From a virus: a stretch of DNA of 49,111 nucleotides. Location: the UHGV virus genome UHGV-0204897; one strand, given 5' to 3'. The notes beneath the pieces are model-generated. The model was not told the DNA's origin. It ran no database searches and saw only the letters and a program-made list of their open reading frames with translations. A program made the translations under genes and the position numbers. Each line of letters starts with the position of its first letter. Positions within the stretch are counted from its first letter, which is position 1. Positions 8,395 to 17,351 of this stretch are shown piece after piece.

Positions 8395-8841
8395 CTCAAA
8401 TACTTGATTGGAAAAATCCATCGTAAGGGCGCCCATTTTAATTAGTTGCATTCCGAAAACGACTTGGAATTTTCTCCCGTTACTTACCAATGGCACTGAA
8501 GTCAATTCTGTTGAAAAAACTCTTTCGTCCTCAGTGAACGATATTACCGCATGCCGAACTGTAGTTTCTATTGTTGAGGTGGCTCCGCTCACAGTTGTTT
8601 TTTCCGCGATTGGGAGTTTTAAATCGTCAGCAAAGTCTGAATCCACATAGCAAAGATCTGCTCCGGTATCTATAAGTGCGTAGGCACCAGCCTTCAATCC
8701 ATTTGGTTTATAAACGTTTATATCTTTTGAGCTACTTGGCCATACTGTCAATGGAACTACGGGAATTGCATGCTCCGTGGGGGTATCTGATACCGATCCA
8801 TCAATAGGGGAAATAAACTTGATTTTTACTTTGGTGATCAT
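8377..8841 (-). CDS. Retropepsin-like (clan AA) aspartic protease
   Basis: Active-site motif ALIDTGADLCYV (hydrophobic-hydrophobic-D-T-G-A-D) plus a downstream GMQLIKMGALTMDF motif. 154 aa. AT-rich moron on the opposite strand between gpM and gpL. RBS 'ggaaaaagg'. Confidence 0.65.
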   Translation of the reverse strand: MITKVKIKFISPIDGSVSDTPTEHAIPVVPLTVWPSSSKDINVYKPNGLKAGAYALIDTGADLCYVDSDFADDLKLPIAEKTTVSGATSTIETTVRHAVISFTEDERVFSTELTSVPLVSNGRKFQVVFGMQLIKMGALTMDFSNQVFELTFFN

Positions 8842-8967
8842 CCTTTTTCCTTCGAAGAGTTATTCAGCCATTCCTCCTCTTTGCGTGAATCAGTGTCCCA
8901 CCACTGACGGGCTGAGCTTACACGTTAACCAGGGTTATCAGTAAGCAACATCCTGATATTCAAACAG

Positions 8968-8995
8968 TAGCCACCACTTGGTGGCTTTTTTTATG
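8968..8995 (+). terminator. Hairpin with T-tract upstream of gpL
   Basis: 'agccaccacttggtggct' followed by T7. No obvious upstream + strand gene, so it may belong to the moron module. Confidence 0.35.
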
Positions 8996-9005
8996 GGAGT
9001 TTGCC

Positions 9006-9710
9006 GTGCGCGACATACCAGCCAGTATGATTATTGATAGCGTCGACGCCGGAGTAGGCGCGTTTATCGACCTGTTCGAAGCCGACCTGCAACCCTTTGG
9101 CGGAGACCTTATCCGGTTCCATTCCGGCACCAATGGATATTACGGAAATGTGATCTGGAAGGGGAATCAGTATCAGGCATACCCGATAGCAGTCGAAGGG
9201 TTCGAGTCAAAGAACGAAGGCACATATGCCCGGCCAACAATGGTGGTGGCGAACGTCACGGGTTTACTGACGGGCATAAACCATGACTTCGACGACATGC
9301 TTGGGGTGGTGATCACCCGCCGTCAGGTTCCGGTGAAATACCTGGACGCGGTGAACTTCCCCAATGGCAACCCTGACGCAGATCCGACGCAGGAAGCGGT
9401 TTCCCGCTACGTTGTTGAGGAGATGACGGAAGAGACGTTCGAGCAGGTGACCTACACGCTGGCGACACCGATTGACTGCGACAACGCTATCATCCCGGCG
9501 CGAACCATCCTTGCCGACGTCTGCCAGTGGCTGTATCGCGGCGTCGGGTGCGGATATGACGGGCCGCCGGTTGCAGATGAGCGCGACAATCCAACCACTG
9601 ACCCGGCAAAAGATAAGTGCTCTCACCGCCGTAGCGGCTGCCGCTTCCGTTATCCACGACCGGAACCAATGCCAATCAGCAGCTTCCCCGGCTCTCAGAA
9701 GGTTTCATGA
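9006..9710 (+). CDS. L: Minor tail protein L
   Basis: Motif-level match to lambda gpL (...RPTMVVANVTGLLTG..., FLDAVNF(P/V)NGN, CxWxYRGxxCGYxGPxVADExD, KDKCS...SGCRFR). GTG start after RBS 'gggag'. Confidence 0.85.
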   Translation: MRDIPASMIIDSVDAGVGAFIDLFEADLQPFGGDLIRFHSGTNGYYGNVIWKGNQYQAYPIAVEGFESKNEGTYARPTMVVANVTGLLTGINHDFDDMLGVVITRRQVPVKYLDAVNFPNGNPDADPTQEAVSRYVVEEMTEETFEQVTYTLATPIDCDNAIIPARTILADVCQWLYRGVGCGYDGPPVADERDNPTTDPAKDKCSHRRSGCRFRYPRPEPMPISSFPGSQKVS

Positions 9711-10429
9711 TGCAGGAATTACTCGATTATGCGGCATCGTCGCAGGATGAGGTGTGCGGCTTAATCCTGGATGGCGGGCAGTTGTTCCGCTGTCGGAATG
9801 TTCACCCGGAGCCTGGAAAGCACTTCCGAATCAGTGATGATGAGTGGCTGGCGGCCGAGGAGGCTGGAGAGGTGACTGCGGTATTCCACTCTCACCCAAT
9901 GAACAGCCCGGTTCTGTCCGGCGCCGACCGTAAATGCCAGGTTGCATCGGGCCTTCCATGGGTGCTGGCCTGTAACGGGAAAATCAGAACGTTCAGGCCG
10001 GTGGATTACTTTTTGGGGAGGCGGTTCGAGCACGGAGTGACTGATTGTTACACGCTATTCCGTGATGCGTATCACCTGTGTGGCATTGACCTACCTGACT
10101 TCGAAAGGACGAATGGCTGGTGGCTGAGAGGGGAGAACCTTTATCTGAACAACATGTCGCGCAATGGCTTCAATCAGGTATCGCCGGGAGAAGCGCTGCC
10201 AGGTGACGTAATAATCAGGCAACCATTCCCCGGAGCTGACCCTTGCCACGCAATGATTCTGCTCGATGACAATATGGTTCTTCACCACGATTGCTCAGGG
10301 CATTTAAGCCGGAGAGAGCAAATGCGCCCGGCATACGTTAAGCAGATGCATTCCATATGGAGACATGAACAGTGCTCATCTTTAAATTTGCAGGGCATTT
10401 ACGCCGACATTTCCGCAAAGTCGAGCTGA
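9707..10429 (+). CDS. K: Tail assembly protein K (NlpC/P60 plus JAB/MPN domains)
   Basis: JAMM-like HSHP motif, an NlpC/P60 Cys in GVTDCYTLFRDAYHL, and gpK synteny. Confidence 0.85.
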   Translation: MMQELLDYAASSQDEVCGLILDGGQLFRCRNVHPEPGKHFRISDDEWLAAEEAGEVTAVFHSHPMNSPVLSGADRKCQVASGLPWVLACNGKIRTFRPVDYFLGRRFEHGVTDCYTLFRDAYHLCGIDLPDFERTNGWWLRGENLYLNNMSRNGFNQVSPGEALPGDVIIRQPFPGADPCHAMILLDDNMVLHHDCSGHLSRREQMRPAYVKQMHSIWRHEQCSSLNLQGIYADISAKSS

Positions 10430-10905
10430 GCGTTGATACCCCTGCCCAGGGCATTCGTCTTTTGCTTGCTCAGAATCATGAGTTCAAAAAAGCATTCCTG
10501 AACGCCAGAGTAAGAATGCGAGTGGCGGGTGAGGATGTTGAAACGTCTTCGGTGCAGTGGCACATGGATCGGCGCCTGAAGGATGGCTCTGTAGTGCTGT
10601 TTGTCCCGGTGATTGAGGGGGCGGGACTTGAGACCAGTACGATAGTTCTCATTGCCTCACTGGTGCTGTCTGCCGCCTCGGTTGCTTACTCCATCTACAT
10701 GTCCCGGAACATGAAAAGCAAAACTTCAGCGGAAGCGGCCGAAACAAACACCCTCACGAATAACTCGTTTACCAGTGCAGAAAACAGGGTCGGACAGGGG
10801 CATCCTGTCCCCATACTCCTCGGCGAGATGGAGGTCGGCAGCAACGTAATAAGTCTCGGGATCGACACATCTAATAATTCCGACTGGGAAGAATCAATCA
10901 GCTAA
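10372..10905 (+). CDS. I: Tail assembly protein I
   Basis: gpI position and size. The ORF overlaps the end of K by 58 nt, so the true start is uncertain. Confidence 0.7.
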   Translation: MLIFKFAGHLRRHFRKVELSVDTPAQGIRLLLAQNHEFKKAFLNARVRMRVAGEDVETSSVQWHMDRRLKDGSVVLFVPVIEGAGLETSTIVLIASLVLSAASVAYSIYMSRNMKSKTSAEAAETNTLTNNSFTSAENRVGQGHPVPILLGEMEVGSNVISLGIDTSNNSDWEESIS

Positions 10906-10914
10906 GGTGGCGCT

Positions 10915-13900
10915 ATGTCTTCAGGTGGCGGTAAAGCATCAACCCCAAAACTACTCGACGACAACCTCAAATCAAAACAATTCTATCGGGTACTGGATCT
11001 GATATCTGAGGGGCCAATCGCGGGCCCGGTGGATCAGGAGCACCTGTCTTCATTCAAGCTGAATAAGACGCCTATCACTGACTCGAACGGTAATGTCAAC
11101 GTGAACGGCATTAGTGTTGCCTGGCGACCTGGATCGGAAACTCAGGAGCCAATCAACGGCTTCTCTGCAATCGAAGCGACGACCATTGTTAACACTGAGG
11201 TCACTTACGATACCCCGCTGGTTAGAACCGTGACAGATCAGGACGTGACCCGCGTTCGTTTTAACATCGGCGTCACCGGGCTCATGGAGCAGGACTCCAA
11301 GGGTAACCAGAAAAACACCTCTGTAACGATGGTTATCGAGACCAGAACTGGCTCGTCGGGCTGGGTCATGGAGAAGACGGTGACGATTACAGGGAAAATC
11401 TCTGGCGAGTACCTTGAGGCGCACGTCATTGATGCCCCCGACACCAAACCGTTTGATATCCGCGTTCGCCGCATTACGCCTGACAGCAGCAGCGATTTGC
11501 TGTCAAACGGGACTGTTTGGAACAGCTACAGCGAGATCACCGACGACAACCTTAGCTATCCGTTCTCTGCTGTTGCCGGCTCAGTCATCGACCGTGACCA
11601 GTACACCGACACGCCGAGCCGCACATATCATCTTCGCGGGCTGATCGTTGACGTACCGGATAACTACGAGCCAATTGCCAGAACTTACTCCGGGCTGTGG
11701 ACGGGGGGCTTCAAAAAGGCATGGACTAACAACCCGGCGTGGCTGTTCCGTGAGCTGGCGAAAAACACCCGATTTGGCCTGGCGAAACGCGCCGGATACA
11801 TCGATGTTGACGATGGCGCACTCTACATTCTGTCGCAATATTGCGATCAGCTTGTAGATGATGGGTATGGCGGCAAAGAGCCACGCATGACGCTCAACGC
11901 CTACATCACAGAGCAGGCGAGTGCGCGAGACATTCTCGACAAGATAGCGAGCATGTTCCGTGGCATTGCGCTGTGGGACGGCCTGCGCCTGTCCGTAATG
12001 CTGGACGCTCCACAGGATCCGATTGCGACAATCACGAACGCCAACGTTGTGAATGGCGAGTTCAAACGAAGCTCTGTAAAGCGTTCAGAGAAATACAATG
12101 CGGTTGTAGTGTCCTGGACTGACCCCGACAACGGATGGGAGCAGGTGAAAGAGTACGTTTCCGACGATGAGATGATAGCCAAAGGGAACTACAACGAAAC
12201 CACTCTGGAGGCGTTTGGCTGCACCTCTCGCGGACAGGCATGGCGGGCAGGTAAATGGCTGCTGGAAACAGCAAAGCGTGAAAGCAGCAGACTGTCTTTC
12301 CAGATGGCACGCGATGCTATCCACTTCACGCCGGGTGATATCGTTGAGGTCATGGATAATGACTACGCAGGAACTCGCCTCGGGGGGAGAATTGTTTCTC
12401 ATTCCGGGAGGGTGATAACGGTTGACGCGGTTGATTCCTCGGTAGTAACGGACGGCTCCACTATGTCGATTATGGGGAGGGACGGAAAGTTCTCTCGCTA
12501 TGAGATTGATGGCGTTAACGGAAACAACGTCACACTCAAAAACGAACCTGAATGGGTGAGGGCGGGAACTGTATTTGCCATTTCAACCGCAAGCGTTGCG
12601 ATTCGCCTTTTCCGGATACTGAGCGTTGCCGAAACGGAAAACAACTCCGTATACAGCATAACGGCCTCATTGCACGACCCCAACAAACAGGCCATCGTTG
12701 ACGAGGGTGCAGTGTTTGAAGTTCCCAGCGATACGCTGAACGGCTACCGCGTGCCTAACGTGGAAAACCTGCGAATCCTGAACACAAACACCGAGACCGT
12801 CCAGGTTACAGCAACGTGGGAGACGGCAACCACTACTAAAAAACTGGTGTTTGAGCTGTACATCTACAGTGCTGATGGGAAGCTGGTATCTCAGTACGAA
12901 ACTGACCAGTTCCGGTATGAGTTTTACGGCCTTGCTGCCGGTAGCTACACGCTCGGCGTTCGTGGGCGCAATGAAAACGGGATGAAAGGCGCCGAAACTC
13001 AGGTGAGTCTTATTATAGGCGCGCCAAAGGCTCCTAACTCCGTTCAGTGGATACCCGGACCATTACAGGCCACTCTGGTGCCAGTTATGTCTGTAACGGC
13101 AACATCAGATACCTCTTTTGAGTTCTGGTACGCTGGCGAGACGCCAATCCCATTAACCGATGATATTGAGAACAAAACTCAATTCCTCGGAAGGGGGAAC
13201 CAGTGGACCATTCAAAAGCTCAAGTTTGACCACGTCTATTACGTTTATGTCCGGACACGCAACGCGTTCGGGGTTTCTGATTTTGTTGAGGCTTCAGGAA
13301 AGCCAACGGATGACTTTAGCGATATCACCAATGCAATCCTGGAGGAGATTAAAGAGACTGATACGTTCAAAGACCTGATCGAGAGCGCGGTGGAGAGCAG
13401 TGAAAAGTTCGCAGAACTGGCTGATGCAATCAAAGAGAATGCAAACGGTCTTGCAGCGGCGGTTGGATCGAATAAGCAGACAGCAGAAGCAATCATCGGC
13501 AACGCGCTTGCTATTGCTGATGTTGTCGTGCGGCAGACAGCCCAGCAGGGCGCTAACTCTGCGACCTTCGAACAGCTCCGGGAGGTGATCGCCACTGAGA
13601 CGGAGGCACGCGTCACGGATGTTACTCGTCTAGAAGCGAAAACTGCCCAGAATGAAGCGGGTATTACTGATGTTCGCCAGGCGTTAGCAACGGAAACTGA
13701 AGCTCGCGCTTCTGCGGTAAGTCAATTGACGGCTGCCACTCAGGTCGCATCTGACAAAGCTGATTCAGCAGCTGCTGTAGGTGCTCAGAATACAGCATCA
13801 ATCACTGACCTTAGCCAGGTTGTCACGGACCTCGATTCCTCAATGGCATCCCGTCTGGAGGAACTGGGAGCAAGGACAGATACTGCCAGCGGCGGCATTC

Positions 13901-14664
13901 AGAGTAACTCCATCGCGCTAATAACGAGTACGCTGGCGCAGGTTGATCAGCAGGTGAGACTCAGCGCGCAGTACGGTGACAGTAAGGCCAGCATCGATCG
14001 TATTGATAATGTTATGGCAAGCGACAGGGAGGCAACAGCGCGTTCGCTACTGAGTTTGCAGACTGACGTGAACGGCAACAAGGCAGCAATCAACAGCCTG
14101 AATCAGACGTTTTCCAATTATCAGCAGGCCACGGCCACGCAGATAAACGGCATTACGGCGACCATCAACGGGCACACTTCAGCGATCACCACCAACGCGC
14201 AGGCGATAGCAAACGTTAGTGGTGACCTGAAGGCGATGTACAGCATCAAGGTTGCCGTGGACGCGAATGGAAAGCAGTATGCCGCCGGAATGGGGATCGG
14301 TGTAGAAAACACTCCATCGGGCATGCAGTCGCAGGTGCTGTTCCTGGCGGATCGCTTCGCCGTCATGGCGCAGGCGGGGGGAGCGGTTACACTGCCGTTC
14401 GTTATCCAGAACGGGCAGGTGTTTATCCGGGAAACCTTCATTCAGGACGGCACCATCGGCAACGCCAAGATTGGCAACTACATCCAGTCCAATAACTATG
14501 TCGCTGGCTCAGTCGGATGGAGGCTGGATAAGGGAGGTACGTTTGAGAACTACGGTTCGACAGCTGGTGAGGGAGCCATGAAGCAGACTAATCAAACGAT
14601 CAGTGTCAAGGATGCCAACAATGTGTTGAGGGTGCAGATCGGGAGAATCACGGGAACATGGTAA
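10915..14664 (+). CDS. J: Tail tip / host specificity protein J (central tail fibre)
   Basis: 1249 aa. N-terminus MSSGGGKASTPKLLDDN... is typical of gpJ. There is a coiled-coil repeat region (ETEARVTDVTRLEAKTAQNEAG...) and a divergent C-terminus. RBS 'aaggtgg'. Confidence 0.9.
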   Translation: MSSGGGKASTPKLLDDNLKSKQFYRVLDLISEGPIAGPVDQEHLSSFKLNKTPITDSNGNVNVNGISVAWRPGSETQEPINGFSAIEATTIVNTEVTYDTPLVRTVTDQDVTRVRFNIGVTGLMEQDSKGNQKNTSVTMVIETRTGSSGWVMEKTVTITGKISGEYLEAHVIDAPDTKPFDIRVRRITPDSSSDLLSNGTVWNSYSEITDDNLSYPFSAVAGSVIDRDQYTDTPSRTYHLRGLIVDVPDNYEPIARTYSGLWTGGFKKAWTNNPAWLFRELAKNTRFGLAKRAGYIDVDDGALYILSQYCDQLVDDGYGGKEPRMTLNAYITEQASARDILDKIASMFRGIALWDGLRLSVMLDAPQDPIATITNANVVNGEFKRSSVKRSEKYNAVVVSWTDPDNGWEQVKEYVSDDEMIAKGNYNETTLEAFGCTSRGQAWRAGKWLLETAKRESSRLSFQMARDAIHFTPGDIVEVMDNDYAGTRLGGRIVSHSGRVITVDAVDSSVVTDGSTMSIMGRDGKFSRYEIDGVNGNNVTLKNEPEWVRAGTVFAISTASVAIRLFRILSVAETENNSVYSITASLHDPNKQAIVDEGAVFEVPSDTLNGYRVPNVENLRILNTNTETVQVTATWETATTTKKLVFELYIYSADGKLVSQYETDQFRYEFYGLAAGSYTLGVRGRNENGMKGAETQVSLIIGAPKAPNSVQWIPGPLQATLVPVMSVTATSDTSFEFWYAGETPIPLTDDIENKTQFLGRGNQWTIQKLKFDHVYYVYVRTRNAFGVSDFVEASGKPTDDFSDITNAILEEIKETDTFKDLIESAVESSEKFAELADAIKENANGLAAAVGSNKQTAEAIIGNALAIADVVVRQTAQQGANSATFEQLREVIATETEARVTDVTRLEAKTAQNEAGITDVRQALATETEARASAVSQLTAATQVASDKADSAAAVGAQNTASITDLSQVVTDLDSSMASRLEELGARTDTASGGIQSNSIALITSTLAQVDQQVRLSAQYGDSKASIDRIDNVMASDREATARSLLSLQTDVNGNKAAINSLNQTFSNYQQATATQINGITATINGHTSAITTNAQAIANVSGDLKAMYSIKVAVDANGKQYAAGMGIGVENTPSGMQSQVLFLADRFAVMAQAGGAVTLPFVIQNGQVFIRETFIQDGTIGNAKIGNYIQSNNYVAGSVGWRLDKGGTFENYGSTAGEGAMKQTNQTISVKDANNVLRVQIGRITGTW

Positions 14665-14665
14665 C

Positions 14666-14696
14666 GGGAGGCCTCTTACGGGGCCTATTTTTTTCA
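14666..14696 (+). terminator. Rho-independent terminator after J
   Basis: GC hairpin (aggcc...ggcct) followed by T9. Confidence 0.65.
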
Positions 14697-14706
14697 GGAG
14701 GACTGG

Positions 14707-15021
14707 ATGGCGGAATATGGTGTTCAGACATGGGACGCCTCAGGCAATGTTAATAATTATGGCGTTAAGCCTGTCAGCGTTTGTGGCTATCTCCAGCTGG
14801 CCCAGAACCAGAAAACAGGCTCTTACACCGTAGCGCTTCCACCGGGTTGCAGGCTGACCTATTTTCAGAGCATGAACGGCGATCAGTTTGGTACGAGTCG
14901 GAGGAAGATCACCATTTCGGGGGGAACAGCAACAGTGTCAGCAGCAGGTGATACCGACTACTCAGCAGGGACTGAGCCTGCGGCAGCGGCTTATCTCATT
15001 TTCCAGATCGAGAGGGCATAA
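14707..15021 (+). CDS. Hypothetical protein, MAEYGV repeat family (104 aa)
   Basis: RBS 'aggagg'. Begins MAEYGVQTWDASGN, and it is a paralogue of the next gene. Confidence 0.5.
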   Translation: MAEYGVQTWDASGNVNNYGVKPVSVCGYLQLAQNQKTGSYTVALPPGCRLTYFQSMNGDQFGTSRRKITISGGTATVSAAGDTDYSAGTEPAAAAYLIFQIERA

Positions 15022-15693
15022 ATGGCGGAGTATGGCGTTTTACTGACGACCACGAGCGGGGAAGTATGGGTGACCGCGAACAGCTCGCCAATCGCTCTTC
15101 AGGCGCGAAAGACAGCGGCACTTCAGGGAACATCGGGGTTCAATACCAAAGTGACGCACACATTCCCCGCAGGTCAGCCCGTTGTCGCGTTCGTTCATTG
15201 CACGGTTGAGGTTGAAATCACCCAGACGATAAGCGGGAACACCATCACGATTGATTTTCTCAGACCGAATGCAACCGGCACAGCGTACGTTTATTTTTTC
15301 TCTATTTTCCCGCAGACAAAGCCAGACTACGGGCTGGCCGTGTGGGATGCTTCAGGGACGCTGATTTTAACAAACGAAACGCGCACGCTGAGCGATGTTG
15401 TCACCCTCGGTACCGCCGGGGTGGATGCCAGCTCAGGATACAACATCAATACAACTCTGGCGGGGAAGTGGGCCTGTATGCCTGCCATGCTGGGGCTAAT
15501 TACCGGGGTTGTATCCGCCGGCGGTCAGCCGCAGCCCTACTCGGCCATATACAAGAGCATGGCAAAGCTTGAGGGAAGCAATACGCGGATATTCGCCAGG
15601 CCGCAGACAACCCCCGGCGGCAACCTTCAGAACGTTACGTATTCGAATCTGAGGAACGTGATTATGGCCATTAACTGCGCCAATTATGATTGA
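15022..15693 (+). CDS. Hypothetical protein, two tandem MAEYGV-type domains (223 aa)
   Basis: RBS 'gagaggg'. N-terminus MAEYGVLLTTTSGEVWV, and the internal stretch DYGLAVWDASGTLILTNE repeats the motif of the upstream paralogue. Confidence 0.5.
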   Translation: MAEYGVLLTTTSGEVWVTANSSPIALQARKTAALQGTSGFNTKVTHTFPAGQPVVAFVHCTVEVEITQTISGNTITIDFLRPNATGTAYVYFFSIFPQTKPDYGLAVWDASGTLILTNETRTLSDVVTLGTAGVDASSGYNINTTLAGKWACMPAMLGLITGVVSAGGQPQPYSAIYKSMAKLEGSNTRIFARPQTTPGGNLQNVTYSNLRNVIMAINCANYD

Positions 15694-15739
15694 TCGTTTT
15701 GAACGATCAATTCCGAATAATTGATCTACCAAATCAATT
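15690..15739. promoter_or_regulatory. Two inverted repeats with clustered GATC sites upstream of the lipoprotein gene
   Basis: TTGATCGTT-ttg-AACGATCAA (15690-15710) and AATTGAT-N7-ATCAATT (15719-15739), with three GATC sites within 35 bp. Confidence 0.35.
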
Positions 15740-15800
15740 ATATCCCGTTGATTCATATTGTTATTGTGTAGCTTCATGAATGCCCTGGGATATAACCACT

Positions 15801-16034
15801 ATGAAAAATATGATTCTTTGCCTGGCGGTAGCGGTATTGCTCTCCGGTTGCGCTGGCGTTATTGAGAAGCAGCAACCCTTATGCACCGGAACAGCCCTGG
15901 TCGGCGGACAGGAAAGCAGCGTCCAGATCTACGGAGTCCGTAAACAAAACAATCAGACGCAGTACCGCGCCGGTTATCCATTTAACTGGTCATGGGTGAG
16001 CGCCAACACGTTCACCAGCACCACCTGCCACTAA
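15801..16034 (+). CDS. Small outer-membrane lipoprotein, Cor-like superinfection exclusion candidate
   Basis: Lipoprotein signal MKNMILCLAVAVLLSGC (lipobox LSGC). About 77 aa and sits downstream of J, as cor does in phi80, N15 and HK022. Has its own terminator. Confidence 0.45.
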   Translation: MKNMILCLAVAVLLSGCAGVIEKQQPLCTGTALVGGQESSVQIYGVRKQNNQTQYRAGYPFNWSWVSANTFTSTTCH

Positions 16035-16052
16035 CCCATTCAGTTTTGAACA

Positions 16053-16079
16053 AACCCCGCTCCGGCGGGGTTTTTTATT
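16053..16079 (+). terminator. Rho-independent terminator
   Basis: Hairpin 'aaccccgc tccg gcggggtt' followed by T6. Confidence 0.75.
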
Positions 16080-16092
16080 GCCTGGAGAAAAC

Positions 16093-17220
16093 ATGATTTA
16101 TACTACTGGCACTATCGCCATCAGCGGAAACACCCTTACAGGTACCGGCACAAACTTCACTGCTGCTGGTTCTCTTATTCGTAACGGCTGTACCGTCATC
16201 GCACTGACCAGCCCCGCTCAGGTATTCCAGATCACTGCTATCGGCGGGGCAACAAGTCTCACAGTGACTCCTGCAGCAAGTCCTGCAATACCGGCGGGAA
16301 CGAAGTATTCCATTTTGCTGAGTGACAGCCTGAGCGTGGATGGCCTGGCGCAGGACATTGCTGAAACCTTCACGATGTACCAGCGCTACATGAGCGGTTT
16401 CGCTGATGTGATGAACGGTACTACAGACGTCACCATCACGATTAACGGTGTGGCCGTTACCGTGCCGGGCCAGAAATCACTGGCGAAGAAAGGGGCTAAC
16501 AGCGATATAACCAGCCTAAGCGGCCTGACTACCGCGCTCAGTATCAGTCAGGGCGGAACAGGTGCAAAGAATGCTGCTGACGCTCGCACAAACCTCGGTT
16601 TGGGTAGTGCCGCTACCAAGGATGTCGGCGCGAATACTGGTAATGTCCTGGGAGTTGGATATTTTGGTTTCGGAACTCCAACTATTAACGTTTTAGGAAG
16701 TACCGAATCAGGGTTTTATGGTATTGACAGTTCTGGTACTGCCTGGGCTCCGCAAGCAGGATCGGGAATTGTATGCGGGTATGACCCAGCTCGCCGACAG
16801 CAAATATTTACAGGATCATCCGGTAATCTTTTTGTAAGAAACCTCTCCGCATCTGCAATGAACACCTCATCATCCACAATACCGTGGACGCAGATGCAGG
16901 CGGTTGGGACATCTGATATCAACTTTAAGAAAGATATCACTGAACTTGATACGGAAATCGCGCTGGCAAACATCGATGCGATGGAGTTCGTATCGTTCAG
17001 GTATAAGGATGACGACAGTGAAGCAGTACGCCGTGGTGTAATCGCGCAGCAGGTTGAGAAGATTGACCCGCAGTACGTTCACAGCGCTGAGGGGGTGGGT
17101 AAAATGACCCTTGACCTTAACCCATTGCTTATGGATGCCCTAGCCGCCATCAAGGCACTTAACACAATGGTAGTGGAACTTCGTGGAGAAGTTGATGAGC
17201 TAAAACAGGGTGGAGCTTGA
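16093..17220 (+). CDS. Side tail fibre protein with a C-terminal intramolecular chaperone (Peptidase_S74) domain
   Basis: N-terminus MIYTTGTIAISGNTLTGTGTNFTA is typical of stf/L-shaped fibres. The C-terminal stretch SDINFKKDITELDTEIALANIDAMEFVSFRYKDD...VHSAEGVGKMTLDLNPLLMDALAAIKAL matches the self-cleaving chaperone domain of endosialidase and T5 pb1-type fibres. Confidence 0.8.
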   Translation: MIYTTGTIAISGNTLTGTGTNFTAAGSLIRNGCTVIALTSPAQVFQITAIGGATSLTVTPAASPAIPAGTKYSILLSDSLSVDGLAQDIAETFTMYQRYMSGFADVMNGTTDVTITINGVAVTVPGQKSLAKKGANSDITSLSGLTTALSISQGGTGAKNAADARTNLGLGSAATKDVGANTGNVLGVGYFGFGTPTINVLGSTESGFYGIDSSGTAWAPQAGSGIVCGYDPARRQQIFTGSSGNLFVRNLSASAMNTSSSTIPWTQMQAVGTSDINFKKDITELDTEIALANIDAMEFVSFRYKDDDSEAVRRGVIAQQVEKIDPQYVHSAEGVGKMTLDLNPLLMDALAAIKALNTMVVELRGEVDELKQGGA

Positions 17221-17256
17221 TATACCTGAAGACTACATATTGAAACGGCTTCGCTA

Positions 17257-17300
17257 AGAAAACCGCCGTCCGACTTAAGAAAGAACGGGCGGCGGTTGGT
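17257..17300. terminator. Bidirectional terminator between the tail fibre gene and the dinI-like gene
   Basis: 11/12-bp GC-rich stem 'aaccgccgtccg...cgggcggcggtt', with a T-tract on the minus-strand side. Confidence 0.55.
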
Positions 17301-17351
17301 TGCTCAGTGTTCATGCCCGAGCAAACGCGGGGAATATTACACGATAGATAG

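Noticed and set aside
11050-14441. Many minus-strand ORFs of 60-125 aa inside the J gene (for example 11050-11424, 13245-13616, 14121-14441)
   Set aside because: They run antisense to a long, well-supported gene and are typical GC-rich shadow ORFs with no RBS.
15496-15777. 93-aa minus-strand ORF
   Set aside because: It overlaps the 3' end of the MAEYGV-family gene in antisense and spans the regulatory inverted repeats, so it is unlikely to be coding.
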